Source: a virus (taxonomy: Duplodnaviria > Caudoviricetes). Taken from it: a stretch of DNA of 64,000 nucleotides. Below, piece after piece: positions 59,958 to 64,000 of the stretch. The position numbers and the translations under genes were made by a program. The notes below the pieces were generated by a model, which was not told the origin of the DNA, searched no databases, and saw nothing but the letters and a program-made list of their open reading frames with translations. How positions within the stretch are numbered: position 1 is the stretch's first letter; each line of letters starts with the position of its first letter. The stretch lies in the IMG/VR virus record IMGVR_UViG_3300001528_000580, positions 128,001 to 192,000 of that record. The stretch is one strand, 5' to 3'.

Positions 59958-60172
59958 TATTTTTTCTCCTTTTTACTATGTAATATCTGAATAATTTTTC
60001 TTATAATAGCAATAAGAGTTACAAAATCAACTAATATCCACAATAAAGCACAAGTAAATCTAATTGAACTTGAAATTTCATTTTCAATACCAGCATTTTT
60101 ATCCATTAAATAATAAACATAATGATGAAGTGCTCCAATTATGCAATAAATCAACAAAACATAAAGTAACAT
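59957..60172 (-). CDS. Small membrane protein
   Basis: Two hydrophobic segments. Confidence 0.6.
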   Translation of the reverse strand: MLLYVLLIYCIIGALHHYVYYLMDKNAGIENEISSSIRFTCALLWILVDFVTLIAIIRKIIQILHSKKEKK

Positions 60173-60173
60173 A

Positions 60174-60764
60174 TTAATTCCTTGATTTTATAATATTTAA
60201 AATTTCAATAGCATTTTTTTTCAAATCATTTAAGTTTCCATTATTATCAAGAAAAATATGAACTAGATTATCGTCAATACCTTTTTCTGATTCATGAGAA
60301 ATATCTACTATATTATCACTATTTCTCAAAATTTTAATAACAATTCCATTATTTCTTGAAACCATTTCAGCTTCATTATTAAATCTTATATCAGAAACAA
60401 TAAAAAAGTCGTTTGGATTATTCAATACTTTTTTTTCAAAAACCTTAACCCAAACGTCATATCTAAAAATTTTTCTGAACATTTCAGTTCCAATTAATTG
60501 CATTAATTTTCTAGGAGTAATATCCCAAAATTCATCTTTCAATTCTTTTAATTCTTGGTTATATACTTGTTCTCTCGAAAAACCAAAATAGTTTATCATC
60601 ATATCTTTAATTGGTGTAGCAAATGAATCAAGAATTATATCGTTTTTTTCTTCTTTAAAAAAATTTGCTAATGTATCTTTTCCTGTATGTGCTAAACCTG
60701 AAATACCAATTAGCTTGATATTTTTAGGTAATTCTTTGTTGATATAAAAATTATTTATTTTCAT
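60174..60764 (-). CDS. Deoxynucleoside monophosphate kinase (T4 gp1-like)
   Basis: IGISGLAHTGKDT, SFA.PIK, TPRKLMQLIGTE.FR, SDIRFNNE, HESE. Confidence 0.9.
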   Translation of the reverse strand: MKINNFYINKELPKNIKLIGISGLAHTGKDTLANFFKEEKNDIILDSFATPIKDMMINYFGFSREQVYNQELKELKDEFWDITPRKLMQLIGTEMFRKIFRYDVWVKVFEKKVLNNPNDFFIVSDIRFNNEAEMVSRNNGIVIKILRNSDNIVDISHESEKGIDDNLVHIFLDNNGNLNDLKKNAIEILNIIKSRN

Positions 60765-60781
60765 AAACCTTCTACTCTTAG

Positions 60782-61204
60782 TTAAAAATTAACAACTTTC
60801 AATTCTTTTTTATTTAAAAACATATTATCTGATTTTTTTGCATTACATATTGCGCACATTGGTTGTAAATTGTTTACACAACCAGGTCCACCTTTTGATA
60901 CTGGATAAATATGATCTCTTGTAAGCAATTTTTCTTTTAAACCATTATTATTTATATACAAATGCATAATCCAATTATTACCACTTATCTTAGATTTTTC
61001 AATTGCAATATAACTTGCTTTTTCTCCACAACAAGAACATTGACAACCTTTTTCTGTATAAACCCTTAATTTTTTTCTGTTGATATGAACATCAACACCA
61101 TTCAATTTGATAGAATCACCACCTTGAAGAATAACATCTCGAACTTTTTTTAGAGTATCTTCAACATTGGTAAGAATAGAATGACGAACGTAACCTTTCA
61201 GCAT
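60782..61204 (-). CDS. HNH endonuclease
   Basis: CSCCG, TRDHIYPVSKGG, NLQPMCAICNAKK. Confidence 0.88.
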   Translation of the reverse strand: MLKGYVRHSILTNVEDTLKKVRDVILQGGDSIKLNGVDVHINRKKLRVYTEKGCQCSCCGEKASYIAIEKSKISGNNWIMHLYINNNGLKEKLLTRDHIYPVSKGGPGCVNNLQPMCAICNAKKSDNMFLNKKELKVVNF

Positions 61205-61238
61205 ACATTTTTCCTTACTTTTTGTTTTGACTTTAACT

Positions 61239-61266
61239 AATATAGCACATGGTTTGTAAAAAGCAA
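61239..61266 (-). promoter_or_regulatory. Sigma70-like promoter
   Basis: TTGCTT-N16-TATATT with TGTG extension. Confidence 0.75.
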
Positions 61267-61288
61267 ATTTTTTCAGAAATTTTTTTGC

Positions 61289-61377
61289 ATATATATAATT
61301 AATATTTATTAATATAATTAATTAATAATTAATAATATAAATATAATTAATATATATATTATAATTATATTTTATAT
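61289..61377. other. 89-nt tract containing only A and T, imperfectly palindromic
   Basis: No G or C between C61288 and C61378; lies between divergent promoters. Confidence 0.85.
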
Positions 61378-61410
61378 CTATATTTTTTAATAAAAAATAA
61401 CAAAAAAAAT

Positions 61411-61438
61411 TTGCAATTTTCTAAAAATGTAATATATT
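61411..61438 (+). promoter_or_regulatory. Sigma70-like promoter of GATase 2
   Basis: TTGCAA-N16-TATATT. Confidence 0.7.
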
Positions 61439-61474
61439 ATTCTAAATTGAATAACAAAATAGGAATTTTGCCAA

Positions 61475-62473
61475 ATGTGTATTGCTATTGTAAAACCTGT
61501 TAACAAATCAATTCCGAGTAATGATATTTTAATAAAATGTATGAATAACAATCCTCATGGAGCTGGATATGGTTTTTTCAGAAATGGTGAATTAAATATA
61601 AAAAAGGGATTTCTTTCTTTTTATGATTTAAAAAGATCATTAGATGAAGATAATATTCAAGAAGATGAACCAGCATTTTTTCATTTTAGGAAAGCATCTT
61701 TTGGTGGATTAGATATAAGAAAAACTCAACCATTTCCATTATCTAATTCTACTGATTTTATGATGAAGAAACATGTTATAGGATGTCGGTTTATTTTCAT
61801 GCACAATGGTACGGTAAAATATACTGATGAAGAATATGAACCGTTTAAAGAACGTTATGCATATGAAAGAAGCATTTCAGATACTATGCTGTTTGGAATA
61901 AATGTTTGGAATAAAGTTATTAATCCTTATGCAAAAAATGATTATTCTATTGAATCATTAGTTTCAAAATATATTCTTAAAGGTGATAAAGTAACAAAAA
62001 AGCAAATAGATTATTGTATAGAAAATAATAAGTTTGCTTTTATGAATGATGAAGGTAAAATTACATTATTTGGAAGAGGATGGAAGGTAAGGGATGGACT
62101 TGTTTATTCAAATGATAAATATTTTAATGATAAATACGAATCATCAAATTTAAAGCCAGTTAGACAATGTAATTTTTGTTATACAAAGACAACTAATTAT
62201 GAATATGGTGATGATGTAGTTTATTGCAAAAATTGTGAAAAAGAAAGATTGAATAAAGAACCAAGTAATTCGTTTAAGTGTCAAGAATGTGGAAATTTGT
62301 TTTTAAAAAGTGAACAATCTTCATTGATTAAAGACATATGTTCTGAATGTGAAAAAAATAATCATACATGTAGTCATTGTGAATCAGTATTTATAAGCGA
62401 AAGTTCTCTTGCTTATGGTAATGAAGGAAATGAAAAATATTGTCAAAAGTGTTTATTGCAGGTATGTTATTAA
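61475..62473 (+). CDS. Class II glutamine amidotransferase with C-terminal CxxC array, copy 2
   Basis: MCIAIVKP, NPHGAG, HFRKASFG, TQPF, HNG, SDT; 6 C-terminal CxxC. Confidence 0.88.
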   Translation: MCIAIVKPVNKSIPSNDILIKCMNNNPHGAGYGFFRNGELNIKKGFLSFYDLKRSLDEDNIQEDEPAFFHFRKASFGGLDIRKTQPFPLSNSTDFMMKKHVIGCRFIFMHNGTVKYTDEEYEPFKERYAYERSISDTMLFGINVWNKVINPYAKNDYSIESLVSKYILKGDKVTKKQIDYCIENNKFAFMNDEGKITLFGRGWKVRDGLVYSNDKYFNDKYESSNLKPVRQCNFCYTKTTNYEYGDDVVYCKNCEKERLNKEPSNSFKCQECGNLFLKSEQSSLIKDICSECEKNNHTCSHCESVFISESSLAYGNEGNEKYCQKCLLQVCY

Positions 62474-62530
62474 TAAATTTAATATTTTTTAATTTTAAAC
62501 TGTAAAATTAAAAAACGTAGGAATAAAATA

Positions 62531-63946
62531 ATGTTTAATTATGATGAATTTGAAAATTTATCTTCTGGTATAGAACAAGGAGATTATATAAAAGAGTATT
62601 TAAAGCCAACAGGAAGTTCAACTGCTGATGAAAAATACCAAATTATTACTGAAAGAATTAATGAAATAAACTGGAAATATATTAGTCATAAATGTGATTT
62701 AAAACCAGAATTTTATACATATAAAATATCATTAACTGAATATGGTTTTACACAAGGATATGAAACAAGATATAATGATATTGGAATGGTTGATTTATTG
62801 TATGGTGATATAATTTGTGAGTTTAAAGATCTATCAATTATACACGAAAATAAAATGATCATGGAATATATCATTGATTATATAAAAAATAATCAACAGT
62901 GGGTTGAACCGCCATTTGGTAAAGTTGAAGGTGTCGCATATCCACCATATAGAAAATATTGGTTTGGTTATTTTTTAACATATGATTTTTATCATACTTA
63001 TACTTATGAAATTGTCAGACAAAGTTCAAGCTCTGGAATATCTTCATCTAGTATAAGTTCTAATTCAAGTGATTTTAAAGAAGTAAAAACAGAAATAAAT
63101 GATTTTATATATAAATTTTGCGGTTGTCCACAAAACTATTTGATAAAATATCAAACTTTACCAATTGATTTTATAACAAATAATATTGAAAATCTTTCTA
63201 TTGATGACTTATGTAAACATCAGTTATTTGACAATCAATTTTTTTCTGATAATATTTATGGAATAACTTATTTTAAATCAAATGATAACAATGATAGTGA
63301 ATCATCAAGTAGCTCATCTTCTGAAAGTAGTACAGAACAAGTTTTAGTCAATTGGAATTTTGAATTGTTATCAAAATATCAAAGATGGGATTTAACTGAT
63401 AATGATTTCATAAATAATTTTATTAAATCTAATTGGGATAAAATAAATTGGGATAATGTTTGTAAATATCAAAACGTACCATCTGGATTTAGTGATAGTG
63501 TAATATTTGAAGATAGTCAAACCTTAACTGAAAAAATTGGATTTGATACAGATGTTAAAATTGAAGAATATAGAGATATTAATCCGTATTTTCAAACATT
63601 GGATAATAAATTAGAAAAAATATCTTCATGGTTTAATATCGAAAATCCAGATGATTCTAATGATCAGAAATATTTTTTCGCTTATAAATCAGTTACAAAA
63701 GATAATAAAGAAAATTATAGACCAAGAGAATCTTTTATACAAGGTAATAGTTACGATTGTTCTATGAAAAATACAAATGAACGTTATACAAATAGATATG
63801 CAGTAGGGATACAAGAATCATTTTTTGAACATTATGGAACTGATAAATTTATAAAAGTGAAAGTATTTGTAAGAGATATTTTTGAAATGACAGATTTTGG
63901 ACGTTTATATGTAAATAAATTTGAGGTTGTAGAAGATGTAGTTTAA
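62531..63946 (+). CDS. Tryptophan-repeat-like protein with two poly-Ser inserts
   Basis: INWKYIS, NWNFELLSKYQ, INWDNVCKYQ; SSSSGISSSSISS and SESSSSSSSESS. Confidence 0.65.
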   Translation: MFNYDEFENLSSGIEQGDYIKEYLKPTGSSTADEKYQIITERINEINWKYISHKCDLKPEFYTYKISLTEYGFTQGYETRYNDIGMVDLLYGDIICEFKDLSIIHENKMIMEYIIDYIKNNQQWVEPPFGKVEGVAYPPYRKYWFGYFLTYDFYHTYTYEIVRQSSSSGISSSSISSNSSDFKEVKTEINDFIYKFCGCPQNYLIKYQTLPIDFITNNIENLSIDDLCKHQLFDNQFFSDNIYGITYFKSNDNNDSESSSSSSSESSTEQVLVNWNFELLSKYQRWDLTDNDFINNFIKSNWDKINWDNVCKYQNVPSGFSDSVIFEDSQTLTEKIGFDTDVKIEEYRDINPYFQTLDNKLEKISSWFNIENPDDSNDQKYFFAYKSVTKDNKENYRPRESFIQGNSYDCSMKNTNERYTNRYAVGIQESFFEHYGTDKFIKVKVFVRDIFEMTDFGRLYVNKFEVVEDVV

Positions 63947-64000
63947 AATCTCTCCTATTTTAAATAAAATTTTATATTTTTTTGTAGTTTAGCTTGATAT

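Noticed and set aside
1-64000. Alternative genetic code (stop-codon reassignment)
   Set aside because: Known enzymes are full length in the standard code, and TAA, TAG and TGA all end genes at sensible boundaries
1-64000. tRNA or rRNA genes
   Set aside because: No GC-rich cloverleaf-like intergenic segment seen by eye; a tRNA scan would be needed to exclude them formally

Overview
Very AT-rich (roughly 20-25% GC by eye), gene-dense segment that reads as the accessory region of a large, probably jumbo, tailed bacteriophage. It uses the standard genetic code and AGGAG-type RBSs. I saw no tRNA, rRNA, CRISPR array or core capsid/tail/replication gene. Most genes lie on the minus strand, and there are about 21 sigma70-like promoters that share a fixed 16-bp spacer (TTGnnn-N16-TA[T][A/T][T/G]T). 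Two candidate systems stand out. (1) Nine paralogous putative amidoligases (COOH-NH2 ligase / glutamine-synthetase-like fold) carry N-terminal CxxC zinc-ribbon arrays of 0 to about 16 motifs. They occur with two class II glutamine amidotransferases that have the same kind of CxxC array at the C-terminus, and with an M28 peptidase. This is a candidate modular protein/peptide-modification system. (2) About nine otherwise unrelated proteins, mostly single genes inserted against the main transcription direction, share an N-terminal leader (K-L-x-x-I-A-K-x-L..A). This is a candidate capsid-targeting or maturation-cleavage signal for injected cargo. The window also holds damage-reversal enzymes (RtcB, DRB0094-type RNA ligase, HAD RNA-repair domain, macrodomain, ADP-ribosylglycohydrolase, phosphatases), a full-length formate-tetrahydrofolate ligase, a ClpP-like protease, a dNMP kinase, a GC-rich DUF932 gene, a decayed tnpB and two broken HNH genes. 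All functional calls come from motif recognition by eye; no searches were run.
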